A stretch of DNA of 64,000 bases, taken from IMG/VR virus record IMGVR_UViG_3300028653_000011; one strand, written 5' to 3'. Origin of the DNA: a virus. Lineage: Duplodnaviria; Heunggongvirae; Uroviricota; Caudoviricetes. Both the position numbers and the translations under genes were made by a program. This document shows, one piece after another, positions 38,674 through 49,311 of this stretch; position 1 is the stretch's first letter; every line of letters starts with the position of its first letter. Under the pieces are notes generated by a model. It worked only from the letters and a program-made list of their open reading frames with translations. It was not told where the DNA came from and searched no databases.

Positions 38674-39843
38674 GTGACCACGTTTAATCAGACGATCAAT
38701 CCCACCGCTTTCGGCTTTTATGACGCGGACGCTGTTTTTCAGACCGAAGCCAACGCCATGGTGACGTACGTTAAAAGGCGGCTAGGTGACGACGTATTGA
38801 GTGTTGAGTTGACCTCGAAGCAGATCTGGGCGTGCCTCGAAGAGGCCACCCTCGAGTACTCACGCAACATTCAAGAGTTGAAGATTGTCAGTGACCTTGT
38901 CAATGTCATCGGGCAGTCAACGAGTTCGGTCAACATGACCAACACCTATCCCCAACGCAGCCTCGAATTCTTGATGCGATCGTCCGACGCCTATGCCATG
39001 GCTGCCGGGGTGGGAGGCAACTTCGACACCATCCTGGGCTACATTCCGCTGATTTCGGGGCAGCAGGACTACAACCTGTACTCGTCAATGAAGACGATCG
39101 ATGGCAGTCAATTGGTCATCGACTCACTGCCCGCGGGTAGCAAGGGCAAGCTGCGCGTCATCGAGCTGTTCCACTTTGAGCCCCTCGCTGCACAGTCAAT
39201 GCTGCTCAACGCCAGCAACATCACCAACTTTCTTGCCACCAACTTCAACTATGAGTCCTACGTCAATAGCACGGTCTTCTACGTGCTCCCGGTCTTCGAG
39301 GACGTGCTGCGCCGCGGACAATTGAAAGAAGCTTTCCGCGTTCGCCGGTCGAACTACAGCTACCAGATCATCGGCAACAACATCAGGATCTATCCGATTC
39401 CGATGAGTGAGTACACCGTCGGCAATATGTACCTCCGGGTCGGTGCACCTCCCAACATCCTCGATCCGAGCTTTGAGGACGACTCGATCTACGGCATCTC
39501 GGGTCCCGAGAACGTGCCCTTCTCGCTGTTACCCTACTCGACGATCACGCTGCCCGGTCGGCAGTGGATCAGGCAGTACACGCTGGCGTTGGCCAAGGAG
39601 CTGCTCGGGTTGATCAGGAGCAAGTTTCAGACGATTCCAATCCCCAATGCCGACCTGCAGCTCAATGGACAGGAGCTGATCGCCCAAGGCCGTGAAGACA
39701 AGGACAAGCTGACGACGCAGCTCGGCGACTTCCTCAAGCAGCTGACGACGCAGGGCATGATGGCACAGCAGGCTGACATCGCCGAGAACATGCAGAAGAC
39801 ACTGCGGTACATCCCGTTCCCCAAGGCGATCACGTTTGGTTGA
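38674..39843 (+). CDS. neck / head-tail adaptor protein (T4 gp13-like)
   Basis: YVKRRLG..VLSVELT...EEA..EY and QWIRQYTLALAKELLG.IRSKF..IP.P...LNG. Synteny agrees. Confidence 0.8.
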   Translation: MTTFNQTINPTAFGFYDADAVFQTEANAMVTYVKRRLGDDVLSVELTSKQIWACLEEATLEYSRNIQELKIVSDLVNVIGQSTSSVNMTNTYPQRSLEFLMRSSDAYAMAAGVGGNFDTILGYIPLISGQQDYNLYSSMKTIDGSQLVIDSLPAGSKGKLRVIELFHFEPLAAQSMLLNASNITNFLATNFNYESYVNSTVFYVLPVFEDVLRRGQLKEAFRVRRSNYSYQIIGNNIRIYPIPMSEYTVGNMYLRVGAPPNILDPSFEDDSIYGISGPENVPFSLLPYSTITLPGRQWIRQYTLALAKELLGLIRSKFQTIPIPNADLQLNGQELIAQGREDKDKLTTQLGDFLKQLTTQGMMAQQADIAENMQKTLRYIPFPKAITFG

Positions 39844-39846
39844 TCC

Positions 39847-40305
39847 ATGCAGGTGATGACGCTCAGAGAACTGCGGCACCGTCTTACTTTGATGATGGAG
39901 GGTGAGGATGTCGGCGCGTTCGATACTGCACGTTTGACGGTGCAATATCGGATTATTGACGGCATGCGCATGTTCATTGATGCGCGCTTGAAGCAACCTG
40001 ATTGGCTCGAGAAAGCAATAGCAGACGTTCGCCCCAAGCGCCCTGCCGTCGAACAGACTGTTGATCTCCACGGTCACGAGGCATACCTCAATCGCATGGA
40101 CGCATATTTTCATGGCAAGGGCTACGGTGGTGAAGTGATGATGGCCGTCCTACGCTTTCTCAAGGATCGCGGGTATGCACGAGCACGTGGGTATATCGAG
40201 CACGCCAACATCGCGTCGCAGAGTATGATGAAGAAGGTGGGTGCTAAAGTACAAGAGCGGCAAGAACACGGCAGTTACTGGTCAATTGATCTGGAGAATG
40301 TCTGA
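39847..40305 (+). CDS. GNAT-family acetyltransferase inserted between neck genes
   Basis: Motif A HGKGYG and motif B NIASQSMMKKVG. Confidence 0.78.
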   Translation: MQVMTLRELRHRLTLMMEGEDVGAFDTARLTVQYRIIDGMRMFIDARLKQPDWLEKAIADVRPKRPAVEQTVDLHGHEAYLNRMDAYFHGKGYGGEVMMAVLRFLKDRGYARARGYIEHANIASQSMMKKVGAKVQERQEHGSYWSIDLENV

Positions 40306-40976
40306 TGTCACGCCTCTTCATCACACCGCGTGAAATCGCCTTCATCAGCGACATCACCAAAGAACTTGTGAAAGACGTCATAGGACAGTTCATCTATTAC
40401 TACGCCATCAATGAGAACAAGACACGCACCGATGTCGTCTACAACGAGGCACTGCAGAAGGTCTTTGATGCACCGATCAAGCTCGATTGCCTCGTCGACG
40501 CCCACTTTCAGGCCGACACCAAGATCAATGAGTTCGGCGTCGATGCACAGTTCAAGATTGAGGCCTACATTCAGTACCGCGACCTCGTCGACAAGGGCAT
40601 CAACGTCGCCATCGGAGATTACTTCAGTTTCTCGGACGTCTTTTATGAAGTCACCGAGAAGGTCTTCATGCGTAACATCTACGGCATGCCCGAGCACAAG
40701 GACGGCGTCAAGCTGATCGGTACCAAGGCCCGCGACACGCAGTTCAAGGCCCTGACGCTCGGGCCCACCGACATCGCCCGTCCCGAGGCCGACGCGGTGC
40801 AGACGACGTTCCATCAACAGCGCGGGCAGGCGACCAATGCCGAGGGCCCGACGGGCGACCAACGCGACCTGCAGAACCCTGCCGTCGTTGGCACGCCCAT
40901 CACCGGTGCCAAGGAGGTGTCTCCTAAGGCGGCAGAATTCCCTGGCGATAGTGCCTTTTATGACGAGAATGACTGA
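40305..40976 (+). CDS. neck / head-closure protein (T4 gp14-like)
   Basis: VYNEA..KVF, FGVD, IGDYF..FYEV pattern; position after the gp13-like gene. Confidence 0.65.
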   Translation: MSRLFITPREIAFISDITKELVKDVIGQFIYYYAINENKTRTDVVYNEALQKVFDAPIKLDCLVDAHFQADTKINEFGVDAQFKIEAYIQYRDLVDKGINVAIGDYFSFSDVFYEVTEKVFMRNIYGMPEHKDGVKLIGTKARDTQFKALTLGPTDIARPEADAVQTTFHQQRGQATNAEGPTGDQRDLQNPAVVGTPITGAKEVSPKAAEFPGDSAFYDEND

Positions 40977-42202
40977 TGACGACCCGCTACACCGCTCGCT
41001 CTAAATCGCGCTTTCGAGTGCCGGGCCTGCCGTCGGGCTTTGGTACACTGCCAGCAACGACGAAGGACGGCGTCACTCTGCCCCCGGTGGGCATCGAGGA
41101 CGTCGACCGTGCCCTGTTCAACCTGTTCAATGCCGAGATCCCGTTCGCCGTCGCGGGCGACGGCACTGACATCGCCAAGGTGCCCGTCATCATGGCGGCG
41201 GGTGAAAAGTGGGCCCTCAACAAGCGCATGCGTGCCGTCCGTGACCGCAACAACGCGCTGATCCTGCCACTGATCACCATCGTCAGGACGTCGATCGTGC
41301 AGGACGTGGGTGCTGACGTGACGGGCCGCGGCATCAACCAGCAGACCGGCGAACTGGTCATCCAGCGGCGGCTCGATAATTCCGACCGCAGCTACCAGAA
41401 CCTGGTCAACAACCTGCTCAACACCCACAATCTCGACCTCTGTGAAAACCTGTACCCCAACCTCGACAACAACATCTTCGAGACCATCGTCGTCCCGGCA
41501 CCACAGTTCTTCACCGCACAGTACGATGTCACCCTGTGGACGCAGTACACGCAGCACATGAACCAACTGCTCGAGCAGCTGATGGCGTCGTTCCTACCTC
41601 AGGGCAACTGCTGGCAGCTCAACACACCGAAAGGCTACTGGTTCATCGCCACCGTCGATGCCAACACCTATACGTCGGAGACCAACACCGACGACTACTC
41701 GCAGGCCGAGCGCATGGTCAGGTACAAGTTTGTCATCAAGGTGCCGGGCTACGTGCTGGCGACGGGAGTGCCGGGCGCACCCGTTCCCATTAGGCGCTAC
41801 GTGTCAGCGCCGTCGATTGACTTTGTCGTCGCAGCGTCTAGCGTTAGTGACAACCTCGATCTGGGTGGTGGTGAGGACTCTGTGGCCGATCCTTTCTTGG
41901 GCGCCGATGACCCCACGTTGCCCCTCGATGCGGCGACCAGCAAGCGGCGCGATCAGCGCTTGACCAACGGCACGCGCCTGTACCCGGGTGCGGACGCCAT
42001 CACACCTGAGGATCCCGCCTTGACAACGTACCCACGCGGTGTCAAGCCCCCGCGCTACGTCAAGGTGACGGGCATCGATAGCAACGGCAACACCGTCGTC
42101 AAATACGTCAGGGTCAAGACCGTCAATCCGGCAACGGGAGAGATGGTATTAGCCTCCGATGCGACGTTGGGAGGCCTGTCGATCGTCACTGTCGATGGTT
42201 GA
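40976..42202 (+). CDS. tail terminator / sheath stabiliser (T4 gp15-like)
   Basis: IEDVDRAL, KVPVIMAAGEKW, LPLITIVR, P.F....YDVTLWTQY..HMNQLLEQ; lies between neck and sheath genes. Confidence 0.65.
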   Translation: MTTRYTARSKSRFRVPGLPSGFGTLPATTKDGVTLPPVGIEDVDRALFNLFNAEIPFAVAGDGTDIAKVPVIMAAGEKWALNKRMRAVRDRNNALILPLITIVRTSIVQDVGADVTGRGINQQTGELVIQRRLDNSDRSYQNLVNNLLNTHNLDLCENLYPNLDNNIFETIVVPAPQFFTAQYDVTLWTQYTQHMNQLLEQLMASFLPQGNCWQLNTPKGYWFIATVDANTYTSETNTDDYSQAERMVRYKFVIKVPGYVLATGVPGAPVPIRRYVSAPSIDFVVAASSVSDNLDLGGGEDSVADPFLGADDPTLPLDAATSKRRDQRLTNGTRLYPGADAITPEDPALTTYPRGVKPPRYVKVTGIDSNGNTVVKYVRVKTVNPATGEMVLASDATLGGLSIVTVDG

Positions 42203-42289
42203 TGCACCTACCGAACGTCGATCGGGCTTTCACGCTTGTAACCGCATAGTTATGCTATAGCGATTCCACGCCGTTAGAGGAGCTCGGTA

Positions 42290-45200
42290 ATGTCCGCACA
42301 AACGTTTCAATCACCCAACTTCTTCGCTCGGGAGATCGATAAGTCTGCACCCGTTCCACAGGGGCCTGTCGGTGTTCCAGCAGGAGTGATCGGCACTTCT
42401 GATAGGGGCCCGGCCTTTGTCCCGGTCACTGTCGGTAATTTCGATCAATTCATCTCGACGTTTGGTAACCTCGATCCCAATTGCTTTGGGCCCTACGCTG
42501 CCTTCTACTTCTTGGCCAACCGCAGCGCGCTGACCTTCATGCGCGTCCTCGGGGCGGGTGCTAACCAGAGCAGCTCCGACATTACGCGGACGTCGACGAC
42601 GGGTCGCACCCTGAGCGCCGGCTTTCACCTCGACGGCGTGTCGCCGGCAGTGACGGGTGACAATCGCCACACGGGCATCGTTCAGTTCATCGTGGGCGTG
42701 CACACCCTGCAGCCCAATGAGGCATACGGCGCCGCCATCTTCACCGACAATGATTCCTTCCACGGTTCGACCGTCCGCCTCGTTCGCGGCATGATCATGA
42801 CGCCGCAGACGGCTCGCATCATGGTGACCGACGGCAACCACGACTTGTCGGCCGCTGGGCAGATCAGCAAGTTGGTCGACTTCGGTGACCTGACGAGCAC
42901 GCCAGGTTACTTCAAGTTGGTCATCAGTTCATCGTTGGGTGCCAGCTTCTACAACGACGACGGTAATCCAGGTTGCCGCATCTTGACGGCATCGCTCAAT
43001 CCTGATGACTCGCGTTACTACGCCAAGTTGTTGAACACCAACCCCGACAGCTTCGTCCTCTACCAGCACCTGCTCTATGCAGACTTTGCCGTCGACGACG
43101 AGATTGCGACGGCCACGGTCGCCGGCATCCTGTCAGGAACTGCCAACACCAGCCTCAATAACTCCGACACTGCATACGCCGGCGCGCCCTACAACGACAA
43201 GTCGACGTACCTGTCATCGTTCGGCGCCTTCGATGCGCGGTTTCAGACGCCGACGTCGACGTACTTCATCAGTCAACCCTTCGGTAATACCGAGTACGAT
43301 CTGTTCGCGGTGCAGGCCCTCGATGACGGCGCCTTCGCCAGCGACCTGTACAAGGTGTCGATCGCCAACGTGCAGGCATCGACCAACCCCGCCTATGCAT
43401 ATGGCACCTTTTCGCTGCAGGTTCGTCAGTTCAATGACACCGACGTCAATCCCATCATCCTGGAGCAGTTCAATCACCTGTCGCTCGATCCCACCGCGGA
43501 CAACTACATTGCCGCCGTCATCGGCGACCGCCGCGTCACCTTCAATTTTGACTCCACGTTGCAGGAGGATCGCAGGGTCATCACCAGCGGAAAATACCCG
43601 AACAACTCGACCACGATCCGCGTGGTGATGAATGACTCCGTCAACAAGGGACTGATCCCGGCGATGGCACTGCCCTTTGGTTTCCGGGGCGCGCTGGTGC
43701 CCAAGACCAACGACACGCTGACGGACAACGCCTTCCAGGCGACCAACACCGTCCGCATCAACGGCATCTTGACGGGCAGCAACTTCGGGCAGCAGGCCCT
43801 CAGCGGTGCCATCGTGCCGCCCGTTCCCTACCGCAGCAAGGTGACGAAGGGTGCACGGCCCTCGCCGCAGCTGTGGTTGGGCCAACCAGGCCCGGCCGAG
43901 CTGTCGAGCCCGCTGTACTACTGGGGTACGCAGTTCGAGCGCCTTGACATACCGCTCGATCCGAACAATGAATCCATTCCCAACCCGTTGATCGCGTCCT
44001 ACTCGCAGTTCTTGGGCATCGCCGCCCTCGACAACCTGGTCACCGGGTCAGGTGCTGACACCCTCAACAACGACAAGTTCAGCCTCAAGAAGGTTGCCTT
44101 CTCTAACCTCAGCATCAATGACCTGACGGCGTCGATCGACACTCACATGCGAGAGGCGGCTTACATCCGCAACGGTCGCAACGACGGCGCGCAGTACACT
44201 ATCAACGACGGCGTCCTGGGCAGTAGGATCACCCTCGCGACGCTGTTGGCCAAGGGCACCGCACAGCAGTTCAATCGCTTTTCGCCCTACTTGAAGTTCA
44301 CCAACTTCCTGCAGGGGGGCTGGGACGGCGTCAACATCCTCGATCCCAATGCCAAGCGGCTCAATGATCGATCGACCAGCTTCGATGCCGGTGGGCAAGC
44401 GGCCGCAGGCTTCATCAGCCCGGGTTTCACCGCACTGAATCAGGCGGGCTCGGGCCAGAACAACTCGGCGGTGCAGTCGTACCTCACTGCCATCAACGTG
44501 ATGACGGATCCCATGCAGGCCAACCACAACATTCTGGTGATACCCGGCATTCGTGAACCCTTCATCACCGATTATGCTGGGACGGCGATCCGCAACTACG
44601 GCCTGGCCTACTACATCATGGACCTGCAGAAGTTCGATGAATTCAGCACTCGCTTGTTCAACGACTCGACGGGATCAGCAGGTGGTCCGGCACGGCCCGA
44701 CGTGCAGCAGACGGCGACGGGTCTCAACACTCGCGCCCTCGACAACAACTACGTGGGTACCTACTTCCCCGACGTCATTGTCACCGATAAGTTCAACAAC
44801 CGTCGGGTCAAGGTGCCGTCGTCAGTCGCCGCACTGGGGGCACTGGCCTTCAATGACCGCGTCGGCTACCCGTGGTTCGCTCCGGCGGGCTTCAATCGTG
44901 CCGCACTCGACTTCGTCAACAATGTCGAGGTGAGGTTGAATGCGTCGGACAAGGACGTGCTGTACAGCAGCAGGATCAATCCGATTGCATCGTTCCCTCG
45001 ACAGGGGTTCGTCATCTTCGGTCAGAAGACGCTGCAACAGTCAGCATCGGCTCTCGACCGTGTCAATGTCAGGCGCCTGTTGCTCGAGGTCAAGCGCGTC
45101 ATCGTCGGCATCGCCATGAAGTTGGAGTTCGAGAACAACACTCCCGACGTGTGGAATAAGTTCACGTCGCAGGCGGTGTTGCAGTTGGGCCTGATTCAGG

Positions 45201-45370
45201 CGGCAGCGGGCATCGAGGCCTTCCAGGTCGTCATGAATGAGACCAATAATTCAGGTGATGATCGTGACCAGAACAAGCTGAACGGCAGAATCGTAGTTGT
45301 GCCCACGCGCGTGATTGAATTCATCGCGTTGGATTTCATTATCACGAATTCCGGCGTTCAATTCGTCTAA
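42290..45370 (+). CDS. tail sheath protein 1 (gp18-like)
   Basis: SPNFFAREID, GPAFVPV, PWFAPAGFNR, INPIASFP, FGQKTLQ, LDRVNVRRLL, IEFIALDF. Confidence 0.95.
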   Translation: MSAQTFQSPNFFAREIDKSAPVPQGPVGVPAGVIGTSDRGPAFVPVTVGNFDQFISTFGNLDPNCFGPYAAFYFLANRSALTFMRVLGAGANQSSSDITRTSTTGRTLSAGFHLDGVSPAVTGDNRHTGIVQFIVGVHTLQPNEAYGAAIFTDNDSFHGSTVRLVRGMIMTPQTARIMVTDGNHDLSAAGQISKLVDFGDLTSTPGYFKLVISSSLGASFYNDDGNPGCRILTASLNPDDSRYYAKLLNTNPDSFVLYQHLLYADFAVDDEIATATVAGILSGTANTSLNNSDTAYAGAPYNDKSTYLSSFGAFDARFQTPTSTYFISQPFGNTEYDLFAVQALDDGAFASDLYKVSIANVQASTNPAYAYGTFSLQVRQFNDTDVNPIILEQFNHLSLDPTADNYIAAVIGDRRVTFNFDSTLQEDRRVITSGKYPNNSTTIRVVMNDSVNKGLIPAMALPFGFRGALVPKTNDTLTDNAFQATNTVRINGILTGSNFGQQALSGAIVPPVPYRSKVTKGARPSPQLWLGQPGPAELSSPLYYWGTQFERLDIPLDPNNESIPNPLIASYSQFLGIAALDNLVTGSGADTLNNDKFSLKKVAFSNLSINDLTASIDTHMREAAYIRNGRNDGAQYTINDGVLGSRITLATLLAKGTAQQFNRFSPYLKFTNFLQGGWDGVNILDPNAKRLNDRSTSFDAGGQAAAGFISPGFTALNQAGSGQNNSAVQSYLTAINVMTDPMQANHNILVIPGIREPFITDYAGTAIRNYGLAYYIMDLQKFDEFSTRLFNDSTGSAGGPARPDVQQTATGLNTRALDNNYVGTYFPDVIVTDKFNNRRVKVPSSVAALGALAFNDRVGYPWFAPAGFNRAALDFVNNVEVRLNASDKDVLYSSRINPIASFPRQGFVIFGQKTLQQSASALDRVNVRRLLLEVKRVIVGIAMKLEFENNTPDVWNKFTSQAVLQLGLIQAAAGIEAFQVVMNETNNSGDDRDQNKLNGRIVVVPTRVIEFIALDFIITNSGVQFV

Positions 45371-45405
45371 CAGATCAACTGCTTGCATGTGGTGTATGAT
45401 GGATC

Positions 45406-46131
45406 ATGTTCATCATTTACAAGCACACTAACCGTTCCAACGGAAAGGTCTATGTTGGATACACTAAGTTTACACTTGATGAACGATGGAAACAGCATTG
45501 TAAAGATGCTCGACTAGGCAGTGACTTTGCTTTTCATCGGGCGATCCGCAAGCACGGGTTAGATGTTTGGGATCACTGTGTCATCGAAGAGTGTATTGAC
45601 CTCTCCGAAGAGCAGGTCGGAGCACGTGAGATGTATTGGATAGCCGAACTTGCAGCAACGACTGACAAGCATGGTTACAACATGACGCATGGTGGGTTAA
45701 GTCGTCTCACGGTGTGGACCGAAGAGATGCGAGAGTTTCACAGGGTTAGAACCAGTGAAGGTACCAAGTTGGCGTTTCAGGATCCTGAGATTAAGAAGCG
45801 TCACCAGGTAGCAACAAAGATCGCTAGCAATAAGCCTGAAAATCGGAAGCGCAATAGTGATGCACAGAAGATTGCTCAGAACAAGCCTGATACCAAAGTT
45901 AAGCACGCAGCTTCAATAAAACGCGCGTGGGAAAATGAGCTTCCTACGTTGATTGCACGGAGAAAACTCATTGAGCAGCTTGATTTGGTCACGAAGGTTG
46001 TAATTGCTACGTTTAGATCAGCGCGCGAGGCAGCACGTGAATTAGGACTTAGTCAAGGTAGCATCTCTAACGTTGCACGTGGTTTGACTAAGTCTGCTGG
46101 TGGTTTTGGCTGGCGCTACGTCGTCGCTTAA
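45406..46131 (+). CDS. GIY-YIG (Seg-like) homing endonuclease with C-terminal NUMOD1/HTH-like domain
   Basis: IIYKHTN..NGKVYVGYT...RW..H, AIRKHG, E.YWI, GYN, FRSAREAARELG. Low GC. Confidence 0.88.
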   Translation: MFIIYKHTNRSNGKVYVGYTKFTLDERWKQHCKDARLGSDFAFHRAIRKHGLDVWDHCVIEECIDLSEEQVGAREMYWIAELAATTDKHGYNMTHGGLSRLTVWTEEMREFHRVRTSEGTKLAFQDPEIKKRHQVATKIASNKPENRKRNSDAQKIAQNKPDTKVKHAASIKRAWENELPTLIARRKLIEQLDLVTKVVIATFRSAREAARELGLSQGSISNVARGLTKSAGGFGWRYVVA

Positions 46132-46217
46132 TTACCCTCCACTTCCATATCTCGGGCCGTCAATTTTCGTGGCGATAGAACGTCGCTTTGGTGATAGTTA
46201 CATCAAGGTGACTATCC

Positions 46218-49200
46218 ATGGCGCAACTTAAGTTCGGTTCTGCAGGTGTCTCGACGACGGAGATTGACCTCTCACAGCCCACTTCACAGCAGCCTGTCGG
46301 AGTACCCGCCGGCATCATCGGCACCGCGCTGAAGGGCCCCGCCTTCGTGCCCATTACCGTCGGAGTGATCGACGACTTCTACGCCAAGTTCGGTCTCACT
46401 GACGGCAAAAAATTCGGGCCCATCGCCGTCTCCGAATGGCTCCGCAATGCAGGCGCCGTCACTTACCTTAGGGTCCTCGGAGTTGGCGACGGCACCACGC
46501 GCCAGACCAACGGCGACGTCAACTCGGCAGGCTTCACCGTCGGTGAACAGCAACCCAACGCGACCAACGCAGGCAGCCTGGGTTCCAATCCCTACTCCAA
46601 CGTCGGCGGTGCCCTGGGTCGCACCTACTTCTTGGGCGCCTTCATGGCCGAGACGTCGGGTTCCACGTTGTTCAGCCAGGCCGGCATCAATGCTGACGTC
46701 GCGGCCTTCACCGCGGCCCCCATCGTCCGCGGCGTGCTGATGGCCACGTCGGGCGTCATCCTGACGCTGTCGTCGTCGGTGTCAGGCGTCAACAGTGCCC
46801 CTGCCTCGAACACTGCGGTGGCCACCGATGCCGTAGGCTCGCCCCTCGGCGACGTCGTCTTGATGACCAGCGGCATTGCCCGTCAGGACTTCGTGCTGCT
46901 GATCAACGGCCTGACCAACACCAATCCGCTGTTCCCGAATGTCATCACCGCATCGTTCGACATGACGGCACCCAACTACTTTGGCAACGTCCTCAACACT
47001 AACCCGCTCAACCTGTCGCAGGCCGGTTACTGCCTCTACGCAGGTTGGGACATTCACCCGTCGACGGCCGTCGTCACCGGGTCAGGCATCGTGTCGACCA
47101 AGTACGGTGCAGGGGCGGCCACGGTCTTTGCCGCCGGCATCGAGCCTTCGGCCTTCTTGTTGACGAGTTCGCTGGCACGTGACACGGGTAACTCACAGGT
47201 GCCTGATTACGAGGACTTCCGCGATCGTTTTAGTCACGCGCGCAGCTCGTGGGTCGTCAGCCAGCCCTTCGGCGGCCAGCCTCACAACCTGTTCCGCGTC
47301 CATGCCCTCGACGACGGCCACTACGCCTCTACTCTCTACAAGCTGTCGATCGAAAATCTGGCTTATTCGTCGGATCCCACCAACCTGTACGGTAGCTTTG
47401 ACCTCGTCCTACGCCAGTGGGGCGACAATGACCTGGCACCCACCTACATTGAACAGTGGCGTGGCCTGTCGCTCAATCCGTCTGACTCACGCTACATTGC
47501 GCAGGTCATCGGTGACATGAATGCCTACTTTGACTTCGATCGTGGGCCCACCGCACAGAAGCTCGTCATCAATGGCAACTATCCGAACGCGTCCAACTAC
47601 GTCCGCATTGAGATGGATGCCAACGTCGACGCCGGTGAAGTCGATCCGACGGCGCTGCCCGTCGGCATCCGTGGCGCCCGCCACCTCATCACTGCGGGGT
47701 CAGGCACCCTGGCCGCGCCGACCAATCGCATCGTGTCGGGTAGCAACAATGAACTGTTGATCAGCTCGACCGTTGCCTTTGCGTCGACGGTCGAGCCGCC
47801 GGTGCCGATGCGACAGAACTTGACGCAGGGGTCGGGCGCCAAGTTGCAGGTGCAGCCGCTGTTGTACTGGGGCGTGCAGTTTGAACACGTGCCCGCCGTC
47901 GCCACGCCCAATGCGACGTCGCAGCCCAACAATTCATTGAAGTCGTTCGCCAAGTTCTTCCCCGAGATGAGGACGGACATTCAGAACTTCCGGGTGGGTG
48001 ATAACCCGGGTGCAGTCACCAGCGCCGGCGCCGTCGTCGACGCCGACAAGTTCAATCTCAACATGTTCACCCTGATGAACGTGCAGGTCGTCACCAACTC
48101 GGCGGGCACCGCCGATCCCAACCAGTGGGTCAATGCAACCTACGTCCGCAATGGCAACATTGTTACCAACAACGTCGCGGCAACGCGGGCCTTGCTGACG
48201 ACGGACTTCATTCAGGCCAACCGCCGCTTCTTGAAGTGGTCGTTCTTCATGCAGGGTGGTTTCAGCGGCGTCAACATCTTTGACAACGACGAGGCGACAC
48301 TCTCTAACGCCGCCGTCGAGGCCGACATGAATGCGACCAACCGCGGCTTCAACGTGGGCCCGACAGTGTCGGCCTACGCCAAGGCTTTGCAGGTGATGGG
48401 CGACGTCGCCGGCGTCGACATCGAGCTGTTGGCCGTCCCGGGCATCAGGCACCCCGTCGTCACCGACAATGCGATCGCGACGGTTGAGCAGCGCTTTGAC
48501 GCCCTGTTCATCATGGACATTGAACAGTACGATGTCAGCAATCAGGCAGTGACGTCGGACAGCCAGCAACCGTCGGTGACGCTGACGGCGGCCAACTTCG
48601 CCTCCCGTGCCGTCAACAGCAGCTTCGGTGCCGCCTACTTCCCCGACGTGGTGATGCCCGATCCCAACACCGGCACCAACCTGTACGTGCCGCCGTCGGT
48701 CGCCGTCCTGGGAGCACTGGCCCTCAACGATGCAGTGGGTCACCCGTGGTTCGCTCCGGCGGGTTTCACTCGCGGAGCGCTGCAGACGACGCTTGAGGCC
48801 CGTGTCAAGCTGTCGAAGACCAACATGGACGTTCTGTACGATGTCAACGTCAATCCGATCGTTGCCTTCCCGGGCAACGCGACGGGGGGTACCAACCCGA
48901 AGGGTGGAGTGGTCGTATGGGGTCAGAAGACTTTGCAACAGGCGGCATCGGCCCTCGACCGCGTCAACGTTCGTCGCCTGCTGATTGAGATCAGGCGGCA
49001 GGTCAGGGACATCTCCAACACTGTCATATTTGAGCCCAACCGCGACGCTACGTTGGCGGCTTTCTCGGCCGCCGTCACTCCGGTCCTTCAAAGGATCCAG
49101 GCACAGGCAGGTCTCGAGCGCTTCAAGGTCGTCATCGACAGCAGCACCACGTCTCAGCTCGATGTAGAAAATAACACAATTCGTGGAAAAGTGTTTGTCA

Positions 49201-49268
49201 TCCCGACGAAGAGCATCGAGTATGTTAGCATTGACTTCATCGTGACCAACGCGCTCAACCAACAGTAA
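46218..49268 (+). CDS. tail sheath protein 2 (gp18-like)
   Basis: SAGVSTTEID, GPAFVP, PWFAPAGFTRG, VNPIVAFP, WGQKTLQ, LDRVNVRRLL. Confidence 0.95.
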   Translation: MAQLKFGSAGVSTTEIDLSQPTSQQPVGVPAGIIGTALKGPAFVPITVGVIDDFYAKFGLTDGKKFGPIAVSEWLRNAGAVTYLRVLGVGDGTTRQTNGDVNSAGFTVGEQQPNATNAGSLGSNPYSNVGGALGRTYFLGAFMAETSGSTLFSQAGINADVAAFTAAPIVRGVLMATSGVILTLSSSVSGVNSAPASNTAVATDAVGSPLGDVVLMTSGIARQDFVLLINGLTNTNPLFPNVITASFDMTAPNYFGNVLNTNPLNLSQAGYCLYAGWDIHPSTAVVTGSGIVSTKYGAGAATVFAAGIEPSAFLLTSSLARDTGNSQVPDYEDFRDRFSHARSSWVVSQPFGGQPHNLFRVHALDDGHYASTLYKLSIENLAYSSDPTNLYGSFDLVLRQWGDNDLAPTYIEQWRGLSLNPSDSRYIAQVIGDMNAYFDFDRGPTAQKLVINGNYPNASNYVRIEMDANVDAGEVDPTALPVGIRGARHLITAGSGTLAAPTNRIVSGSNNELLISSTVAFASTVEPPVPMRQNLTQGSGAKLQVQPLLYWGVQFEHVPAVATPNATSQPNNSLKSFAKFFPEMRTDIQNFRVGDNPGAVTSAGAVVDADKFNLNMFTLMNVQVVTNSAGTADPNQWVNATYVRNGNIVTNNVAATRALLTTDFIQANRRFLKWSFFMQGGFSGVNIFDNDEATLSNAAVEADMNATNRGFNVGPTVSAYAKALQVMGDVAGVDIELLAVPGIRHPVVTDNAIATVEQRFDALFIMDIEQYDVSNQAVTSDSQQPSVTLTAANFASRAVNSSFGAAYFPDVVMPDPNTGTNLYVPPSVAVLGALALNDAVGHPWFAPAGFTRGALQTTLEARVKLSKTNMDVLYDVNVNPIVAFPGNATGGTNPKGGVVVWGQKTLQQAASALDRVNVRRLLIEIRRQVRDISNTVIFEPNRDATLAAFSAAVTPVLQRIQAQAGLERFKVVIDSSTTSQLDVENNTIRGKVFVIPTKSIEYVSIDFIVTNALNQQ

Positions 49269-49311
49269 CGTGAACAGCCTGCCCGTGCAGGTTAAGATGA
49301 ACTAACACCAC

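Noticed and set aside
45371-46217. Group I intron splitting a single sheath gene
   Set aside because: Both sheath ORFs are complete with their own N- and C-terminal motifs, and the short spacers leave no room for a ribozyme core; the endonuclease is free-standing.
47934-49262. 442-aa minus-strand ORF opposite sheath 2, and similar ORFs opposite portal, scaffold and tape measure
   Set aside because: Antisense shadows of well-supported genes.
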